DNA of 64,000 nt from Camelus dromedarius (Eukaryota). A program made the position numbers and the translations under genes. Below are positions 14,401-29,400 of the stretch, in pieces. The notes beneath the pieces are model-generated. The model was not told the origin of the DNA and ran no database searches. It saw only the letters and a program-made list of their open reading frames with translations. The stretch spans positions 18,354,001-18,418,000 of the forward strand of contig NC_087437.1 in assembly GCF_036321535.1 (NCBI RefSeq). The letters are read 5' to 3'. The first letter of the stretch is position 1, and each line of letters begins with the position of its first letter.

Positions 14401-17400
14401 TCTTTCTTTTCTTTTCCACACTAGACTTCTTTATCTACAATGACAAATAACAGTGAAAGGGAAAAGGTTTTGGTAACATTACTCTTGCCAAGGTTTACTC
14501 CATTGTCACAGTCTCATTAACATATTGCAGGTTCCGCCCGTTGACAGGTGCTAGTGCTGCAGAGCACTGCCCAAGTGAGGGACAGGGCTTCTTCACACCT
14601 CAGCCACCTGTGCTGCTGATCTCAGGCTCCACATAGGAACATCATATATAGACTCAGGCTTGGAAGCGACGGTTAGCTCATCTGGTGAAAACTGAACAGA
14701 ATGAAAAATAACAGCTCTCATAGGAGCTCCTGCAAACTACAAAATATGTTGTATGTGGTCAAGAGATTGGGCCTTTGGTATCATCCCAGACCAGTCACCT
14801 AGTTTTGAGGAACAGTAGCACAGCTCATAGGTATTTCAGAAGTTAAATTAGTCCCTTTCAAATTTTTATTGTAACTTTCTTTCCTCTCTTGTTTTCTTTC
14901 CCCACCCCCCATCCCCATCCCATTCACAACTATGAGAGTACTCTTTCTTTTTTTTTTTTTTTTCTCTTCAGTTCTCTGGTTTATAATTTGGGAAGAAGAA
15001 ATGTCCCACTTGAAAGGCAATTGGTAATTAATTGTTATTAAATTTCCTTTGCCTCACCAACATTGTATTTTTTACAGTGTTCTTTTAAATTTGATTAGGA
15101 ATTTATCTAGTTCAGTTTTAGTTGCTACTTCACTGTTTTTTCTTTTCTGTTACTTCAAAATTAATTTTAACTTTTTATAATTAATTTTAACTTACTATAC
15201 TCTTCAGACATACGCGTCTTATTTTTATTCCCTTGAGTCCTTCCTTTAGTACTTTAAGCAGATTTAAATAGTTATTTTTTCAGAAGAGTTTAGATTCTGA
15301 GACATTGAAATTTCTATTTGCAAAACTAAAATAAACGCTTTGTTTGTTCACTTATTTTTACAGGTTCGAATGCAAGCACTGAAATGCTTCTCAGTTTTAG
15401 CTTTTGAAAATCCCCAGGTATCGATGACTCTGGTAAATGGTAGGCTGGAACTTTCAGTGGCACCTACATGATTTAATTTATGAACTTTGTAGATTTAAAG
15501 AATTCCTTAATCTTTGTTGTTTGTTTGATTTCTAGTTTTGGTTGATGGAGAATTGTTACCACAAATTTTTGTGAAGATGTTACAGAGGGATAAGCCTATT
15601 GAGATGCAGCTCACATCAGCAAAATGGTAAAAGTCAAGACAATGTGGGACCAAAGACAGTGCTTTATCGATATCGTAGAATATTTTGGACAGCCTAATTA
15701 GCTCACTTTCAATTCCCATCTTGTTGGGGATTTTGAAATTTGAACGTCATGGGATTATGTCACCTTTTCTTAAATGGATGTGAGTTTTGTACTCAGTTTA
15801 CTACTAGTACTGTGCAGAAGGACTCTCTTGTAACATCTAAGACTACAGAAAATTGCTTCGTAACATTCCCTTCTCTTTGTATTTCAGTTGAAATAATACA
15901 GAATTAAATCAGATTTAACCAACATATATTATGCTAAGTATTATGCCAGGAAAATATAAAGATATAGAAATAGTGAGAATTAGTGGAAGTTGATAACCAA
16001 GTCATGATTTCAGAGAATGTGACTTCCTTATCTTTATAAAAACAAAGATTGCTTATACAGACGTGACTGTTTATAAGAAAGTTATGTAATGTTCTTATTG
16101 GCACAGTTCCTGGCTCACGTAAGCATTCAATACATATTAATTCTATAATTGTCACTACATTTCCAGATAGGTTTGGCACCTGTTATGTAAGGTTCTGTGC
16201 TAAATGAATGGTTTAGTTTCACCATGTAAGAAGTTGTGGCTTTCTAATATTTTGACCAGAATGAGGAATTGTCAGTGAATCACTCATGCATCATGATTGT
16301 TTGCTTTTTTTTTTTAAATATTATGTGTATTTTTTGTTTGTCTGCTTTTTGTCTGAAGGAATCTTTGAAAAAGGAAATTCTCATTAATTTAAGTTTTGTA
16401 ATTGCTTAATGTTCAGTACCTGCTTATGGAGTACAAAGCAATTTTATTCTCCCCCCCCCCATCTTTTTTTTTTGCTATTATCTTTTTTTCTTTTTTCTCT
16501 TCTTTTACAAACCCTTGTGTTGAGGGCTGACTTTCAATAGATTGCAGCGAGGGAGCTGCTCTGCTACGTTAGAAACCCCGACCTGGAAGCAGGTTGTCTA
16601 GGAATGGTTTAGCACCAGATTCACCACAAACTGAGCATGTGGTGCGTGACGGGCAAGGGGGCGGCCGCCTTTCCGGCCACACCCCATGTCCCAGGACGAA
16701 GGGCTCTCCGCACAAGCAATCTTATTCTTATTCAAAGCTAGATATAATTGTGAAAGTAAATTGCTTTTCAGGAGAACCAAATCAGTGGCTAATTCTGAAA
16801 GCCACTGCTAGTAACCTCTGAATACTTATCTTAGTGATAGCTGTAAGTGTTGTAAGTTAAATCCTTCTTCTGCGATACTTCTGCTGTTACTGGAGTTAGA
16901 ATATTCCAACTTAACTTCATTTGAACTTAGATATTTTGTTAACTTTATATATTATTTTTAATTTTTTTCCTTTTTATTGTGGAAAATTTCAAACATAAAA
17001 AAGTACAGAGAAAAGTCTATAAAGAACTCCAATGTGCCCAGCACATTTACTTACTCACTGCTTTAACGTTTACTTATTCATTCAGCCATGTATTTTTGAA
17101 ACAATTTTGTAGGTATTTAAAAAAAATATCTGGCTTACTGTCTGCATGTATCAGATAGTTTTCTTTGACTGTTAAATTAACAGAACCTCAGATAAGGGAG
17201 TGGCTAAACCTCCCTTATGTGAGCGTTGTCTTCTTTTCCCCCATAAAATGTTAAAGACAAGCAGAGTTGTTTTGTTTTGTTTTGTTTTGTTTTGTTTAAA
17301 GCTTTAAAACACAAGCAAAAACTTACTCTCTGCCATCTTATTCCAGTTTAACTTACATGTGTAGAGCTGGAGCAATTCGGACAGATGACAACTGTATTGT

Positions 17401-20400
17401 ACTAAAGGTGAGCTGATTGTTTCTAAAAATGTGGAAATTACCCAGTCATACACGTGTTGAATATAAATATTGATATTCCTGTTTCTTTTTACACATTTAT
17501 CACTGTGGTATATGTGCATACCATGAAATAATATTAAAACAGCATGCTTTTCAGTGGGATGATGTAGTTTTAAAAAATTGGTTTTAAATGTGTTTTTAAA
17601 GTCAAAGTAAATAATTCTTTCCTTTTCAAACCTTTTCATTTTTATGGTAATTAGGAGGATGTAAAAATTGTAAAAATATGTAAAATTCAAGTTATGAAAA
17701 TATACATTAGTCCTTGATTTTCATTAAGTTTGCAACAATTTTGTAGGCAAGCAGTTCACTAACAAAGACTTTTATCACCTTCATGGCAGATAATCAAAAG
17801 GCATAATGAGAAAGAATAAGTAAATAACACATGAAAGCAGTCTTCATTATTGTGATGTGTCAAATGCAACTGGAATTCAGAAAAACCCAGATAAAAGACT
17901 AGCCCTAAAAGTCTTAAGGACTGGATTCTGGTTTTAGCACTTCCAGCACTGACTGGGTTAGTAGCCTTGGGCACATCCCTTATCCTTTTGGTGCTTCAGA
18001 CTCGTAGTTAACTGGAAAGCAATAATTCCATAGGGTATTGTGAGAATAGCAATATATTAAATACATTAAGCATCTCATTAGTTATAAAGAACAGAACAAC
18101 TATAAATGATAGTGTGTCGTTTTATGAAGGAGGTGAAAGACTTACATGTGGAGAACTACAAAACATTGATTAAGGAAATTAAAGATGATTTAAAGAATTG
18201 CAGAGAAATCCCATACTCTTGGATTGAAAGAATTAATATTGTTATAGTGGTCATACTGCCCAGAGCTATCTACAGATTTGATGCAATCCCTATCAAGTTA
18301 CCCAGGACATTTTTCACAGAACTAGAACAAATAATCCTAAAATTTCTATGGGATCACAAAAGACCCAGAATTGCCAAAGCAATACTGAAGAAAAAGAACA
18401 AAGCTGGAGGAATAACCCTCCCAGACTTCAGATAGTGTGTCATTTTATGAATATGAGCTCTCTCATTATCAGTGTTCAAAATGAACCCAAGGGTAAAAGA
18501 ACATTAAGAAGATTAATGTTTCCTTTAGTCTTTGGTGAAGCAAGACAATTCATTTAATGAAATCTGAGGGCCCTAAGTAAACAGCACCACACAGAGTACT
18601 AAGGGCTTCTGTGCCCTTACTTAACTGCTCTGCCCCTTCTTTTCTTTCTCATTGCCAAACTAGGTTAATGGTATCTTCTTTATATAGTAGTTGTGAGCTT
18701 TAAATTCAATAATCCATGAATTCATGGTATTGATAAATGTTGGTAACTGTTCAAAGGAAAATAAGAATAAAGCTTTCTCCTTGGAAGCCTAGGGGTGTAT
18801 TTTAAAGTCTGAAACAGCCTGATAGGAAATCAATACTGAACAGTAAAGTGCTAAACTCTGTGGTAAAGCAATAATAAGAACTTAGAAAAGAACACGCCAT
18901 AGTTGACTGGTAGTTGAGGAAGGCTTCCTGTAAGTCTAACATTTCAGTTTCTATTTCCACATTATCCTTTAAAGTGAATTCGTCAGCCTTAGAAATATAA
19001 ATATATGGGATATTTTTATTGAGAACCTAATGTGGATAAATTACCAAGATCAGTGCCAAGATTTTTGAAGGACCTCAGAAGTAAAATTGGATTAGTAGAT
19101 TTCACAGTCATTATAGGGAGTTATTTGGAGAACCTAGGAACTGTGATTGATGCATTTCACTTGGATTATAGAACTGGTGGAATCTGAGTAATGGTAAGAT
19201 GACTGAATTTTTAAAGGTGTATTTTGTTTTTGCAACTGTAGGTATTAATCTCTAAACAAAAATTAAAAGTCATCCTAGCCATATCACTCATTAAGGAAAA
19301 GATAGCATACTTTTTCTAAGGCAAAGTCATTCCTGATTAAACTTTTGGGTGTCTTTTAATATTAGTATATATTTATTAATATATTAAATTAATATATAGA
19401 CAGGGCAGAAACATCAGAAATGATTTATTAGGGATTTTTAAATGTCTTTTGTAAGGTTGTATAATAAACTTCAGTCTTATAAATTACAAAAAGCCTAATT
19501 AGAGTTTGTATTAATGTGCTTTGATTGTATGATTATAGTGTGCCAGCATAAGTGATTAATATGCACTGAATTTTGTTTGTTTTTGCATTCCTCAAAGAAA
19601 CCTTTTGTCCTCTGAAAGTCTTTATTGAAACATTTGTTCACACACATGACTCCCAGTAAAAACCATTGGGTTGATTCAACTATATGATCTCCATCATGCT
19701 TTTTGCCTTTACCAAAAAGCAAATAATTAATTTCATTGCCTTACAGACATTGCCTTGTTTGGTTCGAATGTGCAGTAAAGAGAGATTACTAGAGGAGAGA
19801 GTTGAAGGAGCTGAGACACTCGCCTATCTGATTGAACCAGATGTTGAGCTGCAGAGAATCGCAAGCATTACTGATCACCTCATTGCCATGCTTGCTGATT
19901 ATTTCAAGTATCCCAGCTCAGTGAGTGCCATCACTGATATTAAAAGGGTATGTTCTCTTTTCATTTTTAGCAGCTTAAGAGGGATTGATTTTCTTACTGT
20001 TCACCACTTTGAACCAATTGATAATTACAGTTCAAAGTCCTTTTAAATAAAGGAATCTTTTACCTTTGGTAACATAGGTGATGTTGCTTTATGTGTTTAT
20101 GAATCCAGTTTATTTTATGTTTATTGTCAGAAGTTTTTTTGTAAGGAGGTAATCAGAAAAGAAGAAAATTGCATCCCTAATTCCCAATTATCCTCAAAAT
20201 AGTGGGGTCTCTAAGCTGGTTATTGACATTATATTAACATCATCTAATCCTATTCAAGGTCCCAGAATCATCTCTGTTGCTATGTTCTCATTCTTTAGGT
20301 CAGGAGTAATCTTTTCTTCCAAGTGACTGAGTGGCCTTATTTTACTCTCCACCACTGTCTTTTTCTTTTGCTATCTTTTTTCCCCTAATTTTTGCCATCT

Positions 20401-23400
20401 TCTCTTTCCTTTCTGCAGTTTCATACTGCGCTTTGTGTCTGCTATTGACAGCTAAAGCACCATTTAACCTCCAGCTTGAGACCATCAGGGACCAAATTGT
20501 GCTAACTTTTTCTCAAAATAGAAATTCCTTAGAACAGATAGATATTCCTTTTGGTTTTGTTTTGCTCAACCTGTTTGTCATATTCATTTCTCTAATCATG
20601 AGAGATAAATACTCTATTAGAGAAAATTTATTTAAGGAGGTCATGGTAGTGAGAGCATTGCCTTCTATTTAGTAACCAATTCTGTTTCACAAATGTGACT
20701 GTATTTTTGTGATGCCACTATTCTCAATGGTAAAATTTTTTGAACTGTTGTCTTGACCTGTCCCATACCCGAGTTCTAGAAAACTTCATCTGGTAGGCAT
20801 CTGTTCATTTGGCATTTAACAATGAAAAAAACTATTAAGGGTATACCTTTCCTCTGACTCAGACAGGACCTAAAATAATCTTCATTGATATTTGTGTTAA
20901 TGTACACTGCTCTTTCTGTATTAAAGTTCTGTGCCTGCTCTTCCCTCAGTAGTAGTATTTTTCCAGTAGAAGTGGTGGGTTATATTGAACCACCTGCCTT
21001 GTCTGTTTTCCCTCTGGCAACTCACTCACACTAACATAGTACCTCACAGTCCAAAGATAAATGAGCAAGTCCTAACTGTGGCCTCATGAGCATCCTTAGT
21101 TGACTGTCCCATCAAGGCAAATAGGACACTTTGATGGACATGAGAGTGAGGAAACATGGTTATAAGAACTTCTAGCCCATGCATGTGCAAATCATTTAAC
21201 TAGTATATAGATTATCCCTTACGTTAGGGTTTTTCCACTTTTTTCCACCACAGTAAAACTGGAATGATAATTTTTAAAAATTATCTCCTGGATTTGAATA
21301 TTAGTTTGTTTTGTCATCTTTGTTTTTGATGATGGATTATCCAGTGGTTTCCCACAGGTATAGATACTAGACCCATAAGAGAGGAATTTTTACATGTTAA
21401 TAAATGTGTGATTTTCATGATATATTAGTCCAAGTCAATATTCTAATATATGATGTGACTAGAAAGTAGTTAAGACATAAGAAGAGATACATTAGAACTT
21501 ACACGTGAAAACGAGTGTTGTGTATTGGGAGTTTCCTCCCATTATCCATCAGTGCTGCTTTGACCACAGTATTTTTGAAGCTTCTCTTAAGAACTGCCTT
21601 CAGAACCACCCCAATTGAGTTTCAGTGTTTTTACTGTGGTATTTTTGTTGTTGTTACTCTAAATGATGTTACCCAGCTGGATTTCCCCATCTTCACACAC
21701 CAGTGACATTTAACTTAAAAACTCTCTTAGTTGATGAAGATATATAATTGGCAGGGTTTTCTTGCTAGTATGCCACTCAACTCTTTAGGAATTCTCAAAA
21801 GAGGGTGTCATAGTATTCTGAACAACACCTATGTCTTTGCATAAGGGTAAACCTTTCCAAGGCAACTCATTTGGAAAAAGTTGTCATCATTTAGATGAGT
21901 AAGTTGTATCTCTTAGTTATAAAATTATTTACTTTACTGATATGCCTTGTGTATTTACTGGTTTGTATTTAGTCACTAGAAGTATCCTGGGAACATGCTT
22001 CTCTTTTATTTTTATGGTAGTTTGGTGATAAATCAGGTATATGGAAGAGTTGTTAACTGAGAAAGCCAGTTAATGCTATGGAAAGATAGCATTAATTGTT
22101 TACCAGTAAGTAATTTTAATGAATTTATCCCAAAAAAAGCCCCCTCTGAACATAATTCTTCGATAGCCATAATAGATAATTATGATTACCATTATCTCTT
22201 GTTTATTAAGGATTTTCACAAAAATTTCCCTGTTTCTAAAAGCTTTTTAAATGCTGAAATTCGGCTAGCACTAACCTTAATGTTTGGAAAACTTTCTAAA
22301 TATTGTTGCAGTAGCACTCTAGTTATCAGCTATATCCTAGGGCTCGAAAGGCCCGAGTGTGCCTTGATTTGGGGGAGACCATTTCAGAGAGCTGGGACAA
22401 GCAAGCATCGGTGCCGCTAAAGCTACCATCTCGAAACACTGAATTTTTAGGGCTCAAAGGTTCGCAAAAGTTTTTCATATACCGGTGTCAGATGTTGTGG
22501 TGTTCACTTTTAGACAGAAGCAGACTGCAGGAATTCCAGGACACATTGACACAAACACACAGCAACTCTACTCGATTAGTTTTTTTGAAAATTTAATCAT
22601 GGGATGAGTTGGAACTTACCTTTTTTTTCCCCTCCCATAGCTTGATCATGACTTAAAGCATGCTCACGAACTTCGCCAGGCTGCATTCAAGCTCTATGCC
22701 TCTCTCGGAGCAAACGATGAAGACATCCGGAAGAAGGTGAGTCTGGGAGAGGGGCGTCCCCCAGTCCTGACAGCCAGCAGGCAGGGAGTGACATCAACCT
22801 GAAAGTCGTGGTGAAGAGCACTAACAGTGACTGTTTGACTATAATAAAACAGAGTGACTAAAGGCATAATTGAAGAATGAATGGGACCCGGATTTGGGGG
22901 TCGTTTGTTTGTTTTTAGAACATAGAGTGGCATGGCCGTGCTGGAATGACAAATAACTGGCGTGCTTTTTTGTGTCATTAATATGGATTATTATGTTGCA
23001 CATTTTTTGCATGTGTTCTGATAAAAATCAATTCTAGCACTGTGAAGCTTCAGACACCTTGAAAGACCTAACACTAGAATTGTAAATGTTATTTATGGAA
23101 ATACTTTCCAATGCCATTGAGAAATTCAAATCTCTATTGTATATTGTTCTTTGATATGTGGCTTAGTTATGTTTTGATTTTTTTTTTGCTACTGTGCAAG
23201 ATTGATGTGAATAAAATCTTTGTGGAATAATGATTTTATGTTTAGTGAGTGGTCATCTGAATTTTCCAGCTCCAAAATATGTATCACTGGTATAGCACCT
23301 TATGTTACTACAGCCTAGTCTGACACTGAGCTCATGTTCTGTCTGAGAATAGTTCTAAGCAGGGAGTAAGGTATAGTGGTAAGCTCTGATTTGGCTTCCT

Positions 23401-26400
23401 CCACAAACCAAAAGGCTGGAGCTTACCACTCAAAAATATGTATAATCTAATAAATTATATGCAAGGCTTTTAGGAACATCAGTAAATTAATTCATGTTCT
23501 GTCTTGGTGAGCCATAGCAGAAAGAGCAAATTGTGTATTATTTACTGAACATGGCAATTTACTAAATCTCCCCATCCTATATTGGTATTTTAAGGAGCCC
23601 TGTGAGAGAAAGCACAAAGTATTAGAATTTTAATATGATTTGGAGAAGTACTTTGGGCTTGTAGAGAGAGAAGTATGGAATTAACTGCAGGTTTATTGAA
23701 ATAAATGGAACCATTCTAGAAGAAAATTGAAATTGATAGCAGTAAGATTAGGTATGTAAGTAGCTTTGTTTTAAAATCAGTGCAGAAAACACAACTACGC
23801 TGAATGTTTTCCACGTACCTCAATTTAGTTCAGTTAACAAGATGTTTTTGACTTGAATTGTTTTAGTGAATATCTATGGAAATCTTTTTTGACACAATTG
23901 AGCTTTCATTTGTAAACTGTTACTTCAAGGCACACGTACTAGTGCTATGATATTCCCAATGTCTGAACATGAGTTATAGATGCTGACGTTGATGTCCCAT
24001 TCAGTTCAGGTACATGGTGTATTGCAAGGGAAGAGGCTTTTATGGCAACTCATGTAGATAAAACATTTTTAAAAACTTGACATGGACTGTATAACTTAAA
24101 TACGTAATAATTTGTTTGGGGATGGTTATTAGGGCCCATTGGAAAGAGAAGTATTTTACCCATTCTTTTAGCTCAAGAAGGCTTGCCATGGACTGAAAGG
24201 GAGATAGATAGGTGGACCATAATGGGGGGAAATAGGATGTCCATTTGTACTTCTTTGTAATTTTTTGTTAATAAACTATTGTTTTGGAATTAATGACTTT
24301 AATTTGTGATATCGTGTTCTAGAAATACTTGCAACGTAACAGTCTGATGATCAAGTAGTCTATTAAAACTTGTATTTATAATATGTATAATTTCCTGATA
24401 AGGCTAAATCCTGATAATTTCTGTAGAAGTATAACAAATAAAGAATAAGTTATAATTTATAGTTTTTTTGTGTGTGCTGAAGAAAAGATACTGTGATATT
24501 CTTATGTAATGGGGATTATATAGGGTTTTTAGGAAGATATTTAATTTCTGGGAAATTAAGTGAATAATTTACAGTTCATAGCAACTACTGAAGAGAGAAA
24601 TTGTAAAATGGAAAATATAAAGTAATTTTGTGATAAAATTTGCATGAAAATGATTCTTAGGAGTGGAGAATTCTTATTTTCGGTGTATAAATGATGATAA
24701 ATGATAACTCTTCCTTTGAATGCATTTATTTCCATTCTATTTTTTTGTTGAAATAATTATTTGGGTAGATTTTTATTTACTTTCTCCATGAAATATTTAT
24801 TTACCTTTTACACTTATGCCTTATGAACTTTGATTGTATTTCTTTCTTTCTTTTTTTTTCTGGTTTAGATTCTTGAAGTACAATGTTATTATTGTTTTAT
24901 TTTTTAATGCAGTTTTTATACTTGCTGAGATGGAATTTCAGTTTACTGAGTTAATGAGTGGAGAATCTCTGATCAGATATTTCAAGGACTATAGACCTAT
25001 TTCCACCCAACTCCCACCCCCTCTACCCAAGCCCCCACCAAACAGAAGCAACAAAAAGGCTTTTTGTTTGTTTCAGGATAAAAATATGAAATGTTCAGAT
25101 GGCCTGCCTTTTAAATTGAAAATGGGAATGTAATTCAATAAATGCAGGAAATAACATATATCCCATTGCCCTATTCTGACCAGTTAAGGAAATGAGGCAG
25201 GATAAAGAAGAGAAAACTAAAGCAAAGAGATGGAGACAGTGAGGGGTATACACAGCAGTGAAGGAGAAAGAAACAGGCCTTTTCTCCTCCTAGAATTATG
25301 TGTCTGTCTATCCTGTTGCTTCTAAAGACGTCTGAAGGTCTGCTGTGATTTCATTTCTTGATACCTTCTCTCTGGGCCACACAAAATTAAGCTGAAAACT
25401 GAATATGACCTGTAGGTCAGAGATTTATCACTCCTGCTTTGAGGCAGTGTTGATGTGTTCCCATTAAAAGAAACCAACTATATAACGGTCCCTGGAACCT
25501 AATAAGCACTCAATAAATATTGTTACATGAATACAGAGAGATAAATATAGAAATGAAAATGCAGAAATCATACACAGAGTGACATTTCCTTTAATATACC
25601 TGGATCTTTCTGTATCCTTTTGTGCAGATAAAGTTGGTATCCTAATTCCTAGCTTGGCATCCTTTATCACTTTGTGACATAACACTCTGTGACCTACAAA
25701 TTACCTGATTTCCTGTGGTGTCCTGTCAGTGAAAGAGGGTGGAAAGAGCCCTGCGGTGAGTGGAAAACATTACCATTGGCTGTGACATGAAGAGGGAGAA
25801 GAAGCCCAAGAAAAGATGAAGGACCACTCAGCTTGACAACAGATGTGGCCTGGCCATATTAAACTTAGAATAATTCAAGGATTTTGGTTAGGGAAAGCAA
25901 GGGCAGAGGTAGGAATTGAGAGCTCAGTGAAAGAAGGGTCTGGAGCACATTAGCAGTAACTGAAGTGATGGCAATGCCAGGTTAAAAACTAGCTGTCATC
26001 TCTGCCATAGGGACAGCCTAGTTTCTGATGATAGCCTTTACCAGGATATTAAAGCTGACTAGGAAGCATACATTCAGTTAATGGGACAGTAAAAAAGAAA
26101 GAAGTTAAGATAACCAACAAATTATTTCAAGTAGTGGCATCCCAGTCAAAACCCCAGTCAGCCGGTTAAGTCGTGCAGGGGCAGCAGTGGCAAACAACCC
26201 TGTAGTTGTGCAGCCGATTGTTTTATAGCAAAGAGTTGCTTTTATAGAGACCATCACTTTCTTGCCACCTGTTGATCATCAGTTAGGTTGGAAATTTAAA
26301 AAGATTGTCTTTCTTTTACTATCTTCAAGGCACTTGTAGAATTTATTAGAAATAGTTAGAAAATGTAAATGGAGGAAAATTAGAAGTATTAAATATAAGT

Positions 26401-29400
26401 TAAAATGTAAGGAAATTAATAAATTGAACAGGATGTTAAAAAATAAAACACATTACAAATGTTAAGTGTAGTACTTATTGTAGTCTTCGCTCCTTTGAGA
26501 TACCTGACTAATGGAGCCTTTCAAAAAGCTTTCCTCTTGGACTTCGAGTACTTATGTTTTAGCTGGATATCCCTTTTGAAGAACTAGAATGTAAGCTCCA
26601 TGAGGGCAGGGATTTTTTTAATGTTTTGTTCCTCACTGTATTCCCAGCATCTACAGTACTATTGGATGCATAGTTGGCATTTAATAAATATTTGAAGAAT
26701 GAATGGGTGAATGAAAAAAATGCATGGACAAATGGATAAATGAATCATATCACAAAATTGTGTTGTTAAGCACCGTTAATCATGTTACATATGGACCTCT
26801 CTGCATTAAGAACTTTCATAACTTTATTAGCAATTCTGCAGGTATGTGAAGAGAGGAGATTTAAAATAGAGGAACTCTATGTATCTGATCATATAGGCAA
26901 GAAGTTTCACTATACTTAGCACAGAGAAAATGCAGGAAGTTCCCATTTTCAAGAGGCAGACAGTCCCAAGGACGTGTCTTCTACTCACTCTGATATAGAA
27001 CAAAGAGAACATATTTTGTGGTATGGTACTTGTTTAACTTTGAAATTATTTCTTCATTTTTTTCCTTTCTAAATGTGTGATTTTTAAAAATGTATAGGAT
27101 TCACCAGTGTGAATCTGGACCAGTTTTTTTCCCCTGAGGATAAAAGTATGATTTGGTTTATAGAAATTAGTCCAAGTCTCCGGAATCAACTATTCTGTAA
27201 AGTGATATATACCTGTATAAAATATTATATTCCCAACTAATGAATCTCAGATTTTTATGAAAATCATAATTAATAAAGGCCAGTAATTTAATTCAGTTCT
27301 ACATAGACTGTACTGCCTACATTGTATGAACATTGTCAAGAGGGTGGAGGGAAGAGGTAAATAGTAAGATGAGATAAAGAGCAATAAAGACACAGCCTTA
27401 ATACTCAGCATTTATAATAAAACCTCAGTACGTCAGAAAAAAGGAATAGCCAGTAAGAATTTGCGAGGGGCTCAAAGAATTATTTGAAACCAGTTAAAAT
27501 GAACATAGTAGTATCAGTGGAGCTATCTTTGAATCAATTTGGAAATTACTAATTTAATATTTTTGTCATTTTTAATGTTTTCTAAGTGCCTTTTATTTTA
27601 TATCTTCAAGAATTTAAAGCATTAAATCTTAACTTTTTGTTCCATTGGGGGAAAAATGCCATCTAGTCACAGTGGTTTTTACATAACATATGTGAAGAAG
27701 GTAGCCAAGGGTAGGATGTTTTTTCTTTTTAAATTGAACAATTTTTTTTTTACTGAACAATTTTTTTTGAGTGGTATAGGCAGAAAAAAAATTTGAAAGA
27801 AGAATGAGAATTTTTCTTCTACCCTCTTTTTCCTGGCAAAGAAAGTTATATTTTCAGGGACATTGTGAGGATGAGATAATGTATTTAAAATATTTATCAT
27901 GGTGCCTGTAGGTGCTCAATAAATGGAAGCATTTATTAGAATATCTTAAAAGGCTTCATTGGAAGATTCAAAATAGATATATATTTTTAAGTGCATTAGG
28001 AGAAAAGCCAAACAATGTTGGGGTATAAATAAAAGAGGTTTAGAGTGAAGGCAGTGATCTTATGCTATAAATTTCCAAGACTATTAGTTATTCATTCTAG
28101 TCAAAAGAATACTTATATTTCAGAAGCATAGGCTCTTTCTTTAGTTTATCTATATTTAGTGACAAGATGTCTTCTTACTCTCATAATTATACTTTAAAAT
28201 GTATTTAAAATACTCATTTTCAAAACTTTTTGTTGTTGTAGCATGCCCTCTGAGGCACAAAATATAATTTTGCTTTTCTTAGAGTTAATTAGAACTTACA
28301 ATATAAGTCAATATGTTGGTTAAAATCATAGGTAGTAGTTGTCTTGAGAAAAGTGAGGAGGCCAAATTCTGTCTAACTTTGGTTATCTAATATTACTGTC
28401 AGTGGTTACCACAGATGTCATTTCTCCAGAGTCATCATTCATATGAAATTGTATCCCAAATACATGTGTTCAAATTTTGGACAAACGTAAATTTCCTATA
28501 TTTTTGAAGTTATACGATTTTAAAATGTATTTGTAAATTTAGGTCAGTTTTTCTTAATGTCTTTCTGCTCTCTCAGAAACTTGATAAATACCTCACTTTG
28601 AACATTTTTATCATTTATTATAGCATGATTTTATTACTAGTTGGTCTTCTGTGTAATGGTGTAATTGTACCATGAAGTTATATATTTAAATATTTTGCAA
28701 AGTTCAATAATTCTAAATGGTTATTTAAAAGGTACACTGTCAAAATTCTGTGTTTGTCTCTGCCATGATATCAGGCAGATGTGAAGAATTATTTCTAAGC
28801 CTTAGCCTACGTGTTGAAACAAATGCCTGGAATATTTTTTGAAGGTTTTCGATGGTACCACAGAAGTAGCACCCTTCAGGACTTGGTTCTGCTACCAAAT
28901 AACAACAAATTCATTCAGAATTCCTTGACTTAATCTGTGGTTAAATTGTTAGTTGTCGTCTGAAAGCTAATCTACCAAAGAATTTTAAATGAACTCTGCA
29001 GCATTGATTCATGATGGTAAGTATTTTTAAAGAGTTCACCATGACAGGACCAGGTTTTGCCACTTGCCCACAGTATTGAGACCCTTGGCCTTCAGCTTAC
29101 TGAAAGAAGCAAACCTGGGAGTGATAATGCTATATACAGAATAGAGGTATTTATAAAATCAAGTAATGAATTTTTGTTTCAGAATTTGATTAAAGGGAGA
29201 GATAAAATTGAGTGTTACACTGCGATATCGTAGTTGCTTACATCATTGAATTACAATTCTTGTTGTTTTTTTAAAATAGGAAGTACATATTGGTTGTTTT
29301 GTTAGTTGTTTAATAATCAAGACAGATGTCTTATAAACCAGGAAATGGGCTAAAATATGGTCTGTATTAGATCTGTAGAGCTAAAATTAGTGACTTAGTT

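Noticed and set aside
16507..16713. Functional rRNA gene
   Set aside because: Only the 3'-terminal fragment is present, diverged, tailed and flanked by a TSD.
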